Both the position numbers and the translations under genes were made by a program. DNA of 24,104 nt, taken from positions 1 through 24,104 of the IMG/VR virus record IMGVR_UViG_3300025314_000100. One strand, written 5' to 3'. Shown here piece by piece: positions 9,433-17,407 of this stretch (the first letter of the stretch is position 1; every line of letters starts with the position of its first letter). The DNA comes from a virus (taxonomy: Duplodnaviria; Caudoviricetes). The notes beneath the pieces were generated by a model. It was not told where the DNA came from and did no database searches. It saw nothing but the letters and a program-made list of their open reading frames with translations.

Positions 9433-9591
9433 CTAGTCCTCCCCTTCCCAATGTTCTCCGGCACCTTGCTGGATTTCCCCGCCACACTTGACGCACTTAC
9501 GAGGATGCCCTGGCGGGTAATCAAGTATTTCCTCGTGGCATTCCTCGCACACCGCGCCGCGCTCGATCATTTCAGCCAGACGATCATCCAT
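9433..9591 (-). CDS. 52-aa zinc-ribbon microprotein (not in ORF track)
   Basis: MDDRLAEMIERGAVCEECHEEILDYPPGHPRKCVKCGGEIQQGAGEHWEGED has two CxxC pairs. SD GAGGA. Fills the gap between flanking genes. Confidence 0.8.
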   Translation of the reverse strand: MDDRLAEMIERGAVCEECHEEILDYPPGHPRKCVKCGGEIQQGAGEHWEGED

Positions 9592-10318
9592 TGGTTTCCT
9601 CATTTCCGAAAACGGACTCTTGCTGAATTTCGCTCAATCGGGCGTCGTAAGCCGCCCGAACCCGCGCGACATGGAACGGAGGGAATCCCCGGCTCACGAT
9701 CGCGTTCAAGAACTTTTCTGCCTCTTCTACCGTCGCCGTCTTGATGTTATGCACCGCCTTTTGTACTTTCGCCGACAACTCTTGCGGGCTGAGATTTCGC
9801 CCTTCCTTTTCCTTGTAATATGCCTTGGCATCCTTGTACTTGTCGTCGTCGTATTCGCCATAGTACACGTCCGCATACCAGCCCAAGTACGTCATCGCCT
9901 TTTTCAGGCAATCAGTCTGGAGTTTCTTATTCGTATCCGATCCCTTCCGGCAAGGCCAGTCCGCCGTGACCGCGAACGACCCGCCAGGCCAGTAGAATTC
10001 CGCCAGCATCTCGACCTCTGCTGGCAGAGTTTCCTCACACGTGATTTGCCTCTGCCTGTCGTCCGTCTCCGTCCACGTCCGTTTGGATTGACCGCGATTG
10101 CGAAGTCTGATTTTCCGCAATCCCCACTCTGCGCCGTACGGTCCCCAAAGTGCCGTTGCGCGTTCCTTGATCCACGTCGCGTCGACCGCCGTGAATTTTC
10201 GCTTACCCATCTCGACCGACTTTACGTGCGCGGCGTCCACATGCCGAACTGCATTCCACAGCTTCAGGTTCTCCGACTGCTGTTCGTCGTCCACGATCTG
10301 TTCAAATACGCACCGCAT
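9584..10318 (-). CDS. Rad52/Sak-like single-strand annealing protein
   Basis: 'TAVDATWIKERATALWGPYGAEWG' and 'KKLQTDCLKKAMTYLGWYADVYYGEYDD' resemble the Rad52/22-family core. Confidence 0.75.
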   Translation of the reverse strand: MRCVFEQIVDDEQQSENLKLWNAVRHVDAAHVKSVEMGKRKFTAVDATWIKERATALWGPYGAEWGLRKIRLRNRGQSKRTWTETDDRQRQITCEETLPAEVEMLAEFYWPGGSFAVTADWPCRKGSDTNKKLQTDCLKKAMTYLGWYADVYYGEYDDDKYKDAKAYYKEKEGRNLSPQELSAKVQKAVHNIKTATVEEAEKFLNAIVSRGFPPFHVARVRAAYDARLSEIQQESVFGNEETNG

Positions 10319-10320
10319 TT

Positions 10321-11727
10321 CTATTGCCCTTTCCTTGATCGGCCGAGTTTAAATACGTAGTGGCACTCCGCACCTTCGCTGACGCGCTCCACTAGCACTT
10401 GCGCATCCAAGTCCTCCGCGATTGCCTCCAACTCCTGCAGCCTCTGCTCGTCCAGCAACGATCCGTCGCGGATGATTGCGTATCGGAACACCGGGTTCAG
10501 GCTCACCGCAATCGCCACGGCAATCTTCAGCTGCTCGCTTGACGCCAAGTCCGGCAGCACGTGGCCGTTCCACACCAAGCCTCCAGCCTCGTCAAATCCA
10601 AGACCCTCAATAGGCCATTTAGCCTCTGCCATGGTCTTCTTTTTGTTCCTGTCCAATGCCTCGATCGACTCGGTCAGCTCCAGGGATTCTTTCTTGAGCC
10701 CATTCCGCTGCTGCATGACAGCCAGCCGCGCGTCAACCGCTTCGATCTTCGTGTTGATCTCCGCCGCCTTTTCAATTCGTACGCGGATCGGCTCCGGGTC
10801 GACCTCCGGTTTCCCAAACAGTGGCAACTTTTCTATTTCGGCAAGCTGGATTTTAATCGTTCCGATCTCTCTCTGGAAATCACTACCCCTGCGCTCGGCC
10901 TCTTCAACAATCTTGCACAACATCCGACCCTTTTCGGCATTTAGCGCAGCAATGCGACGATCAAAATCATCGTGTATTCGTTGCGTCTCAACCTCTAGCT
11001 GGGGCGCCAACGTATCCCACCTAGTCATCACGTCTCGCAACTCCCTGTTTTTCTCGGCCATCGTGGCATTCAAAATTCTCAAGGATATGTTGTGATTTTC
11101 AGCCGCACGAATCTCCTGCACCTCTCGCGAAACGTCGATCTTCTCGCGCGGCACGTCGTCGTACATGGGCATCTCGCGCAGGTCGCCCTCGATGTCCCGC
11201 ACTCGCCGATTCAATGCCGTTCGCGCATTGAATAGCCTAGTCCGCTCGATGTCCATTTCCGTGAAGTCCAGCCCGACCAGCTTCTGCACTATGTCCGCCT
11301 GGACCGTGGGTTTTTCTCCGATGAATCGAACTGGGTCGAATTCAAGTTTTCTCGGCGTCAGCAAAGAATCCAAAATCTTCTGCGGCGTAGGTGCTGTCTC
11401 CCCATCGTCCGCGATTATTTTCACTTCCGTTGTGTAGCTCAATCCGCCTTCGTCCCTCGTGATCACCCGATGGACCTTGCATGGCCAAGGCAGCGCCACT
11501 GTCCCTCCGTCCAATGCGATCACGATCTCTGCCTCGTCCTGGCCGTCTTGGATCGGGTCGCGCGGAAATAGTCGCTTACCACCGATCGCCATCGCGATCG
11601 CATCCAGCGCGCTCGACTTTCCCGCCGAGTTGGCCCCCCCCAAGATTGTCAGACCTCGGTCTCGGGGCCGAATGTCCGCGTACTCGCATCCCCGCACGTG
11701 ATACACTTGGATCGTTTGCAATTTCAT
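10321..11727 (-). CDS. SMC/Rad50-like ABC ATPase with long coiled coil
   Basis: Start ATG 11727 (MKLQTIQV). Walker A GANSAGKSS, central coiled coil, signature-like LASSEQ, Walker B IIRDGSLLD. Confidence 0.88.
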   Translation of the reverse strand: MKLQTIQVYHVRGCEYADIRPRDRGLTILGGANSAGKSSALDAIAMAIGGKRLFPRDPIQDGQDEAEIVIALDGGTVALPWPCKVHRVITRDEGGLSYTTEVKIIADDGETAPTPQKILDSLLTPRKLEFDPVRFIGEKPTVQADIVQKLVGLDFTEMDIERTRLFNARTALNRRVRDIEGDLREMPMYDDVPREKIDVSREVQEIRAAENHNISLRILNATMAEKNRELRDVMTRWDTLAPQLEVETQRIHDDFDRRIAALNAEKGRMLCKIVEEAERRGSDFQREIGTIKIQLAEIEKLPLFGKPEVDPEPIRVRIEKAAEINTKIEAVDARLAVMQQRNGLKKESLELTESIEALDRNKKKTMAEAKWPIEGLGFDEAGGLVWNGHVLPDLASSEQLKIAVAIAVSLNPVFRYAIIRDGSLLDEQRLQELEAIAEDLDAQVLVERVSEGAECHYVFKLGRSRKGQ

Positions 11728-11757
11728 GTCCTTGCCCCTTGTGTGATAGTTGACCGA

Positions 11758-11796
11758 TAAAAAACACCAGACCGCGCACCGCGATGCGCGGGGTTG
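11758..11796 (-). terminator. putative intrinsic terminator/attenuator
   Basis: Minus strand CCGCGCA-TCGCGG-TGCGCGG hairpin followed within a few nt by TTTTTTAT. Confidence 0.5.
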
Positions 11797-11806
11797 GCAG
11801 CTCCTA

Positions 11807-12136
11807 TCAGTTCTTGTCGAAGAAAAGCGTTTCCCAATAGCTGGCATTTTGCGACTCTCGCAAAGTCTTGTCCAGATACGCAAACAACTCCGGGAAATCT
11901 CTTCGCTCTAGCTCGTCCTCTTCTCCCATGATCCTATTTACAGTCAAGTCGCACAGCTCGGCCCTGTCCGAGCTCCCTGGGTATCCGCTGCCGTCCTTGT
12001 AGTAGATCACCCGAGGCTCTCCGGGCTTTAATTCGAACTGCAACGTTGCCTCCGCCGTCAACCAAAACGATTTCTGATTCTTCCGAGGAAGTTCGATTTC
12101 GAACGTGTGCCCTATGTTCTGCGTGGTTCGTGTCAT
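11807..12136 (-). CDS. hypothetical phage protein
   Basis: SD GGAG 9 nt upstream of ATG 12136. 109 aa. Confidence 0.7.
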   Translation of the reverse strand: MTRTTQNIGHTFEIELPRKNQKSFWLTAEATLQFELKPGEPRVIYYKDGSGYPGSSDRAELCDLTVNRIMGEEDELERRDFPELFAYLDKTLRESQNASYWETLFFDKN

Positions 12137-12160
12137 TTGGTGTGTCTCCAAAAGCTACAT

Positions 12161-12190
12161 ATTATACGATCACATAATATCAAACAAGAA
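12161..12190 (-). promoter_or_regulatory. sigma70-like promoter
   Basis: Perfect TATAAT at 12166-12161 in an AT-rich gap. The -35 is weak (TTGTTT with a 15-nt spacer). Confidence 0.55.
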
Positions 12191-12218
12191 TGCTCGACAG
12201 CGATTTCCCATACTTTTT

Positions 12219-12743
12219 TTAGATCCTCGACAAGATATCGGCAACCCGTGCCGAATAGTCAGAATTGATCGCCAACAGTTCTTCCCTCGTCCACTGACCG
12301 CTTTTCCACTTCAGCGCCAGCAGCCGGTCAATGGTTTCCTGGCCGCGGTTCCGCAGCATCCATGGCCAGTATTCGTCCTTGTTCCCTCCCAGCACGACAT
12401 TGCACCGATGGCATTGCGGGTTGACCCCGTCCGGCTCAAACAGGATCCCCTTCGACCGAGACTGCAGGAAATGCCCCGCATGCATATTCCTGTCGTCCCA
12501 AGGGAGCCTGATGCCGCACGTGACGCACGTGCAATACCCCTCATGATCAGACTTGCTCAGCTTCAGCCACTGTGAAAACACCGCCCACGTAGATCGCTTC
12601 AGCGCCGACACGCCCTCCCGTCGCGCGACCCGGCTGGAACAATACGGGCAAATTTGCTCCTTGACCACTCCGCGACCCGCACGCTTCGGCACAAAGCGCT
12701 TGCCGCATTCCTGGCAACGGATCGTCTTTACCCTAGCCGTCAT
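12219..12743 (-). CDS. ninG: NinG/Rap-family recombination endonuclease with extra N-terminal Zn finger
   Basis: WAVFSQWLK...CVTCG...HAGHF...FEPDGVNPQCHRCN motif set. Confidence 0.85.
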   Translation of the reverse strand: MTARVKTIRCQECGKRFVPKRAGRGVVKEQICPYCSSRVARREGVSALKRSTWAVFSQWLKLSKSDHEGYCTCVTCGIRLPWDDRNMHAGHFLQSRSKGILFEPDGVNPQCHRCNVVLGGNKDEYWPWMLRNRGQETIDRLLALKWKSGQWTREELLAINSDYSARVADILSRI

Positions 12744-12985
12744 CCTCTGACTGCTTTCGCTGTCTCAAACGCCGACTCAAATGCCGACTCGCCTGCTGCG
12801 TCAGAGATTGGCGACGCCGGCCCAGCGCTCCAATAGCCCCCGTTGCTGTCGACGATCCGGCGCAGCCAGCAGTCACCTGTCCGCTTGATCTGATGCAAAT
12901 GGACACCTCCAGTCGCTCGTTTGTCCGTGCCAACCTGATACGTGTACGCCCTTACTTCCCAGGTGTTCCACGAAGTTCGTCGCAT
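12740..12985 (-). CDS. hypothetical accessory protein (81 aa), cassette A
   Basis: ATG 12985 follows the conserved leader element. Its stop overlaps the ninG start (ATGA). Confidence 0.75.
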   Translation of the reverse strand: MRRTSWNTWEVRAYTYQVGTDKRATGGVHLHQIKRTGDCWLRRIVDSNGGYWSAGPASPISDAAGESAFESAFETAKAVRG

Positions 12986-13017
12986 CGTTCTCCCTTGTGT
13001 TGTGGCCCCGGTGGGCC

Positions 13018-14007
13018 TCAGCTTATCGACGCCGATTTTTTCGCGGCCTTCTGTACAGCAATCTCCCGCAATCGCTGCTGCGTCGCCTCGTCCGACTCCA
13101 CGATGCTCCGATAGACCTCCTCCCCGTGGCACCCCGCATACTTGCTCAGCCACGTGGCCGCCTCCTCGGGACTGATGCCGCGGTCGGCGGCACTGGCCAG
13201 GCACGCTGCTTGCATTACGTCCTCCGGCACCCAGTAGTAGTCCCGCCAGTCGTCACCACCAGTAATCGAGTGATGCCACCCGAGCCGGCCGTCAGATAGC
13301 CGGAACGCATAGGCGCAGGACCCTTCCCCAAATCGGATAGATTCGCCTGTTCCCCCGATGTCACCAGGACGGACTGTGCAACAGACAAGTCCTGACTTGG
13401 CGGCTTCCCATGCGGTCATCCGAGCATCCTGCTCTACCTTGGCCTTGGCGGCTACGTCCTTTGCGATCTGTTGCCTCTCGGCCGCCTCAGCAGCCTGAGC
13501 CGCGTCGATCGCCCTCTCCTCGACCGTTGGCTCAACCTCCACGCCGTCCCAGGTGTAATGTCCCCCGGGCTGCTCGCCGAAGATATCACAATCGTCGAGG
13601 AAATCGCGTGACATATACCGCCGTTCCGAACGAGCTACCTGGACGATCCGCTTTCCGGTTCTGGACCGGTGGATCGTGCCGTTCGGGTCGCCATCGTCGT
13701 GCTTGTTCAGGCCGTACACCTCGTACGTCCTGGTAGAGGCCCCAGCCATTGCTGTGCGCTCGTACCGGGACGCCAGCACGCCTGGATCCTCGTCTCCTAC
13801 CAAGTCCGCTGGTGGTGGTGAGGCGTACAGGGTCCCACCGACCAGCGCCTGGCACTCCGCTCGGACCTCCTCGGTCGGAGCGTACCAGCTTTTACTGCCG
13901 GGATCCCACGCGCATCCTTTCCCCTTGATGGCGCCTCTGTGCGCGTAAGTCTCGCCCGAGATTCGCAATCCCAGGCCGACAACCGAACTAGCTTCCTGAC
14001 GTGTCAT
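13018..14007 (-). CDS. hypothetical accessory protein (329 aa), cassette B
   Basis: ATG 14007 follows the leader element. The N-terminal 'GETYAHRGAIKGKGCAWDPGSKSWY' is a DUF5710-like small domain. Confidence 0.8.
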   Translation of the reverse strand: MTRQEASSVVGLGLRISGETYAHRGAIKGKGCAWDPGSKSWYAPTEEVRAECQALVGGTLYASPPPADLVGDEDPGVLASRYERTAMAGASTRTYEVYGLNKHDDGDPNGTIHRSRTGKRIVQVARSERRYMSRDFLDDCDIFGEQPGGHYTWDGVEVEPTVEERAIDAAQAAEAAERQQIAKDVAAKAKVEQDARMTAWEAAKSGLVCCTVRPGDIGGTGESIRFGEGSCAYAFRLSDGRLGWHHSITGGDDWRDYYWVPEDVMQAACLASAADRGISPEEAATWLSKYAGCHGEEVYRSIVESDEATQQRLREIAVQKAAKKSASIS

Positions 14008-14050
14008 CGTTTCCCCTTTCATGTTGTGGCCCCCGCGGGGGGCTAATCCA

Positions 14051-14248
14051 TTACTCAATCCTCACCAGTGCCGCGCTTGATCGAGGATACGCACGATGAA
14101 TTTTCCGCAATGTGCCCCGCGCCTGCGATAACGACATGCGTTGCGCAGCTTGACTGGTGAGTTTCCAGTCGCAGCAAATGCACTGCCACCGGTTCTGCCG
14201 GATGGCATACCAATTCCCCATGAACATCGCACAGACGATGAATTTCAT
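14051..14248 (-). CDS. hypothetical accessory protein (65 aa), cassette C
   Basis: ATG 14248 (MKFIVC) follows the leader element. Confidence 0.7.
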   Translation of the reverse strand: MKFIVCAMFMGNWYAIRQNRWQCICCDWKLTSQAAQRMSLSQARGTLRKIHRAYPRSSAALVRIE

Positions 14249-14364
14249 CACCTTACCCCCTTTGTGTTGTGGCCCCCCTTGGGCCTTGTTGATGTGCGAT
14301 GGCATACATCCGCCGCGCAAAAAGGTGCACCATCACCACTCTGTGTGCGACCGCGGTCGCGAGG

Positions 14365-14445
14365 AAAAAAGGCCGGCGCGGAAAACAGCGAGTCACCAAC
14401 CGAAACTCTAAAAGAAGACACGCTTTGATGGGGCCGCGCCGGCCC
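14365..14445 (-). terminator. long hairpin with U-tract and an alternative fold
   Basis: Minus strand GGCCGGCGCGG (14444-14434) pairs with CCGCGCCGGCC (14381-14371), followed by TTTTTT. Confidence 0.55.
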
Positions 14446-14503
14446 AAGAATCACCTTAGTGAAAACGCTCCCGCCGCGACGCTCGTGGGGCGTTTCGGTT
14501 CCG

Positions 14504-15193
14504 TCACACAACGGCGGCCCATGCCGCCGCCGCCAGACACCCCTCGGCCGCGGCTCGGGACTCGGTCATTACGACCTGCCCCGCGACACACTCCACCCGC
14601 AGGCAGGCTGGCTTACCGTAGAGCCGTCCGCTACGGACGATCTCCACGGCCTGCCCGTGCGCCAACACGAGCAAGTACTCCGGGCCTCCACCCATCATTC
14701 CGGCTTGGCCTTGGGCCGCATAACCCTCAGCGACTACCGTCGCGGATGGTTTCCGCTCTTCGATCGGCGGCGGGCACGCTGGGCAACGGGCTCCGCCCAT
14801 CGGGGCGTCGTGACCCAAGCTGGCCGCGCAGAAGGCGGCCTTATTCTCTTCGTTCGTGCCGTCGGCGCGATAGGCGCCGCGACCAGCTTCCACGCACCGC
14901 TCATGCTCCGCAGCGGTGCACACGACCCTATCCCATTCTTCCGCCGAACGGGCGTCCCGAAGACGCCACGTACCACGGAACCCGGAATGATCCGGGATGT
15001 ACAGGAGGGCATTTGCCCCCCCATCGGATTCGATCAGCAGATTTGCATCTCCTCCTGGCCGAATGTCGGACTCCATCACCGACCCAGGCGGTAACGGAAC
15101 CGATACCAGCTTCCGGCCCCGGCCGGATTCTCCGACAGGAATCGTCCCGGAATCGCACCGGATTCCGGGACAGTCCATGGTGAAACAAAACAT
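14504..15193 (-). CDS. hypothetical accessory protein (229 aa), cassette D
   Basis: ATG 15193 (MFCFTM) follows the leader element, with SD GGAGG. Confidence 0.75.
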   Translation of the reverse strand: MFCFTMDCPGIRCDSGTIPVGESGRGRKLVSVPLPPGSVMESDIRPGGDANLLIESDGGANALLYIPDHSGFRGTWRLRDARSAEEWDRVVCTAAEHERCVEAGRGAYRADGTNEENKAAFCAASLGHDAPMGGARCPACPPPIEERKPSATVVAEGYAAQGQAGMMGGGPEYLLVLAHGQAVEIVRSGRLYGKPACLRVECVAGQVVMTESRAAAEGCLAAAAWAAVV

Positions 15194-15361
15194 GTGTCTT
15201 GTCCTCCCCTTTGTGTTGTGGCCCCACGGGGCCAGAAAAAACAAAACACGCACCGACCGCAGACAGCCAGCCTTGAGCCCACTTGGGCCGGCCAGAAATC
15301 TATCACTCGCACCCACCTGGGTGCATATGACCCCACCCAGGACGTGCTGAGTACTCCGGCT

Positions 15362-15407
15362 CGCGCGACGACGGGAATCGAACCCGCAACCGCCAGCGAT
15401 CGGCGCG
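15362..15407 (-). ncRNA. tRNA-like fragment (acceptor stem + T-arm, no D or anticodon arm)
   Basis: GCGGG-TTCGATT-CCCGT T-arm at 15387-15371. CGCGCCG/CGTCGCG acceptor-like stem pairs 6 of 7. Confidence 0.45.
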
Positions 15408-15586
15408 TGTGCCCCCCTATCAAGCCGGGGGGCGTGGCGATTCAATTTCGTTTCCCCTTTGCGTTGTTGTTTTCGTCCATTCCTGCCAGGAATACACTGC
15501 ATGTTGTGTGCCAATTGGGCACGTTTCTGTAGGCCGATTTTGTGGGGAATTTTGGCCATTCTCCGTGGCTATCGGTCTTGATTTGG

Positions 15587-15714
15587 GGCGTTTTGCCACA
15601 GTGGTTTGGGGCATTGTGCCGCGCTGTCCACTAAACCATTGGAACATAAGAAGTTAGCGTGTGGCGTTTTGCCCCATGGAGATTGGGGCATTGTGCCCCA
15701 TGGGACATTTTGCC
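15587..15714. promoter_or_regulatory. five operator-like 11-mers, consensus GGCRTTKTGCC
   Basis: Copies at 15587, 15610, 15663, 15687 and a variant at 15704. They lie next to and within the 3' end of the XRE gene. Confidence 0.55.
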
Positions 15715-15935
15715 ACGCTAGCCGGCTGGCAAAGAATCTGGGTGTCGAGCCCAAGACGATTGGCAATCCCGATTAGCCGTTCAATCGTCGGCGTTTTCGT
15801 CCCGTTCTCCACGTGCGCGTAATCGCCGCGGGTCAATCCCACGAGTTGGGCCGCGTCAACCTGAGTGAGATGAAGGGCCTTCCGGTGCACCCGAATACAC
15901 CGCCGCAGATAGGCGTGATAGATTGTCTTGGGCAT
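15654..15935 (-). CDS. XRE/Cro-CI family HTH transcriptional regulator
   Basis: IRVHRKALHLTQVDAAQLVGLTRGDYAHVENGTKTPTIERLIGIANRLG is a canonical HTH_3 pattern. Confidence 0.88.
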   Translation of the reverse strand: MPKTIYHAYLRRCIRVHRKALHLTQVDAAQLVGLTRGDYAHVENGTKTPTIERLIGIANRLGLDTQILCQPASVAKCPMGHNAPISMGQNATR

Positions 15936-16040
15936 AGTTGATTTGGTGGCAACTGGCGTGCCGCCAGTCGCCTCGCTGCTACGTTGTCCGCGAGAGTCAT
16001 GCTTCTACCTCTGGGCCAAATCCATGCGATGATACATCTC

Positions 16041-16217
16041 CTACTGATTGGTGAAATGACTCAGCCGGTGGATCGGCGACGGCTGGCCATCTTCCGGTTC
16101 ATTCCACCTGCCAAGTTGCCGTAGCTCTCGCTCCCAATGCTGGTTGTGTGGCATCTCAGGCGCGTGCATCGTCGCGCAAATCGGACACGTTCCTGGTGCT
16201 GCCGGTAAGAGCATCAT
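16041..16217 (-). CDS. 58-aa CxxC-x3-H small phage protein (not in ORF track)
   Basis: MMLLPAAPGTCPICATMHAPEMPHNQHWERELRQLGRW... with strong SD AAGGAGGAG. Confidence 0.75.
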   Translation of the reverse strand: MMLLPAAPGTCPICATMHAPEMPHNQHWERELRQLGRWNEPEDGQPSPIHRLSHFTNQ

Positions 16218-16855
16218 CGAAATCTCCTCCTTCTATCGTCGCCTGTAGATAAACCACGCCCCTTCTTTCCCCTCTGGTGGCTGACGAGCCACCTGCGAAA
16301 GCTGGTGTGGTTGTCTGGCCCCTACTTGCCAGTCCCTCGTGTGCATGTTCGTTGAGGTGTTACCATTCTGGGTCGAGGGCGACAAGGACAGTCGCTCGTT
16401 CCTCTCTATGCCGGCCTCCCCTATCCACCAATGCCGACTGGCACCTCCCCGATTTGCAGGGCTTGTGACGCCCCTCTTCCATGCCACTCAACAGGCTGGT
16501 GTTCGCCGACTGTCTTCGACCCGAGCGACGCCCAGGATTCTTCCGGAGTCGAGCCCACGCACCGTATACCAATCCCGCATCCCCGCATGGAAAAAACGGA
16601 CCAATGCCGAGGGTATTGGTTATTGGTCTCGGGACCCAATTGATATTGGGCCTTAACCAATCGGTCCGTTCACATTCCAAGTAGGGGTCAGCCATGGATA
16701 ACTGGCCGAGGGGTTCTTGGTTTCTTGGCCGATTCATGCTCATGTATCCGTCTCATGTACGCGGCGAGTTTCGTTGGACCATCCGTGCCCGCGGATCACC
16801 AACCGCAGCACACATAGATGCTTCAACAAAAGTCCAGAGTGGACGGCGCAAGAGA

Positions 16856-16944
16856 AAGACCCCCGGAAGCGCTGCGGTCTGTGAAGGCCGTGACGTGCGG
16901 CCCAAATGATTTGTTCATTTGACCGCGGCGCTTCTGAGGGTCTT
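16856..16944 (-). ncRNA. three-way-junction structured RNA element
   Basis: 24-bp outer stem (16856-16879 with 16921-16944, 21/24 complementary) enclosing two small hairpins. U-rich tail on the minus strand. Confidence 0.6.
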
Positions 16945-16983
16945 GCAGATACGTCATATCTACTCCTGACTTTTCACACCCGT

Positions 16984-17013
16984 ATCGTATCACACTGGAC
17001 GCCGGCGTGTCAA
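16984..17013 (-). promoter_or_regulatory. sigma70-like promoter
   Basis: TTGACA - 18 nt - TACGAT with an extended -10 TG. Confidence 0.7.
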
Positions 17014-17139
17014 GTTGGCAAGGCAAAAATCCCCGGTACGATGACCAACCGGGCTTTGCTGATCTTCCCTCACAGCACGGGACCCATCTGCTGCCAGTTG
17101 CCGGGACCAGCGTGTCACCGTCCACGCCGCCGCCGCTAC

Positions 17140-17202
17140 CTACATACAGGCCTGTCCCGGTAGGTGTATCGCTCCACAAGCACCACAGATTTGGCTCTGC
17201 AT
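17140..17202 (-). CDS. 20-aa Cys/His micropeptide
   Basis: MQSQICGACGAIHLPGQACM, preceded by SD GGGAGGTGA. Confidence 0.5.
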   Translation of the reverse strand: MQSQICGACGAIHLPGQACM

Positions 17203-17407
17203 TGCACATCACCTCCCATCTCCAGCAAAACGCTCGTCTCTCCGAGCCGTCACGCCGTTCTGCTGCTGGCCGGACTCCAGGCGTTCTCGTGCCACCCATA
17301 TCCCCGTTCAGCTTAGGGTCGGCCGCCTGCTCCTGGGCGTGGCCGAATTTCTATGGCCCAGGCTGGCGTATGTTCCACGCAGCGACTGCTAGGGCTCTCG
17401 GGACTCC

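Larger units (their letters stand above)
12983..15233 (-). repeat. four dispersed copies of a hairpin-GGGGCCACAACA-AAGGG leader element
   Basis: Copies at about 12986-13017, 14008-14043, 14249-14285 and 15194-15233. The 12-mer GGGGCCACAACA (minus strand) is invariant, and each copy is directly upstream of an ATG. Confidence 0.92.

Noticed and set aside
332-15183. Numerous plus-strand ORFs, e.g. 469..1134, 770..1399, 9620..10360, 14299..15183
   Set aside because: Antisense shadows of well-supported minus-strand genes in GC-rich DNA.
15362-15407. Complete tRNA gene
   Set aside because: There is no room for D and anticodon arms and no encoded CCA. Kept only as a tRNA-like fragment.
15833-16037. 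Short ORFs MYHRMDLAQR and MTLADNVAARR... upstream of and overlapping the XRE gene
   Set aside because: Too short, or out of frame with the HTH. A frameshifted N-terminus could not be supported.
16233-16822. ORFs 16360..16743, 16421..16660 and 16233..16487
   Set aside because: They overlap each other, lack a convincing SD or motif and have atypical composition. I could not decide which, if any, is real.
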